Assembly: GCA_963796685.1 (NCBI GenBank)
Contig: CAWCMR010000018.1
Location: forward strand, 1 to 64,000
Direction of reading: 5' to 3'
Source of the DNA: an uncultured delta proteobacterium
Lineage (GTDB): Bacteria; Myxococcota_A; Polyangia; Fen-1088
Length of the DNA stretch: 64,000 nucleotides
This document shows, piece after piece, positions 63,840-64,000 of this stretch (positions within the stretch are counted from its first letter, which is position 1; every line of letters starts with the position of its first letter). A program made the translations under genes and the position numbers. Under the pieces are notes generated by a model. The model saw only the letters and a list, made by a program, of their open reading frames with translations, did not search any database and had not been told where the DNA came from.

Positions 63840-64000
63840 ATGAACGGACTGGCGAATATGCGAATAAGAAAACGGCTGTTGGTCGCCTTCGGGGCCATGA
63901 CTTTGTTGATGGCGGCGATCACCCTGGCCTCGATCTGGGCCCAAAATGCGCTCAGCGAGATCGACGCGAGCTCGTCCGAAGCGCAGCAACGCGCCTTTCT
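63840..64000 (+). CDS. probable methyl-accepting chemotaxis protein (3' partial)
   Basis: MNGLANMRIRKRLLVAFG plus TM, typical MCP start, follows cheA. Confidence 0.65.
   Translation, partial: MNGLANMRIRKRLLVAFGAMTLLMAAITLASIWAQNALSEIDASSSEAQQRAF

Overview
GC-rich bacterial window, most likely Myxococcota (Polyangia-like), inferred from the dnaX-ybaB-recR-mglB-mglA synteny and myxobacterial TonB/HEAT/AgmX-type proteins. Many otherwise intact genes carry single-base frameshifts (exbB, tonB, dsrM/K-like, HEAT protein, recR, cheA x2, mcp), which points to an error-prone assembly rather than mass pseudogenisation. Left to right: ExbBD-TonB, M13 peptidase and ZIP transporter; a sulfur locus (truncated DsrMK-like pair, sulfate ABC transporter, OprO/P-type porin) with three sigma54 promoters; a NikR nickel-uptake locus (TonB, TBDR, NikMN-Q-O) with two matching operators bracketing a katG C-terminal fragment; a histone-like peptide ending in CCCG; a decayed vgrG islet bounded by 28-bp direct repeats; fusA, orphan Dam methylase, pduO, DEAD helicase, MNT with a deleted HEPN partner, mglBA, recR/ybaB/dnaX; and a large sigma28-type chemotaxis region. 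The most unusual signal is intergenic: several families of periodic palindromic mini-elements, one still enclosing the two ends of a GxxExxY gene, and a CTAG-ended MITE with shared termini but different interiors. All calls come from reading the sequence and recalling family motifs; no searches were run.
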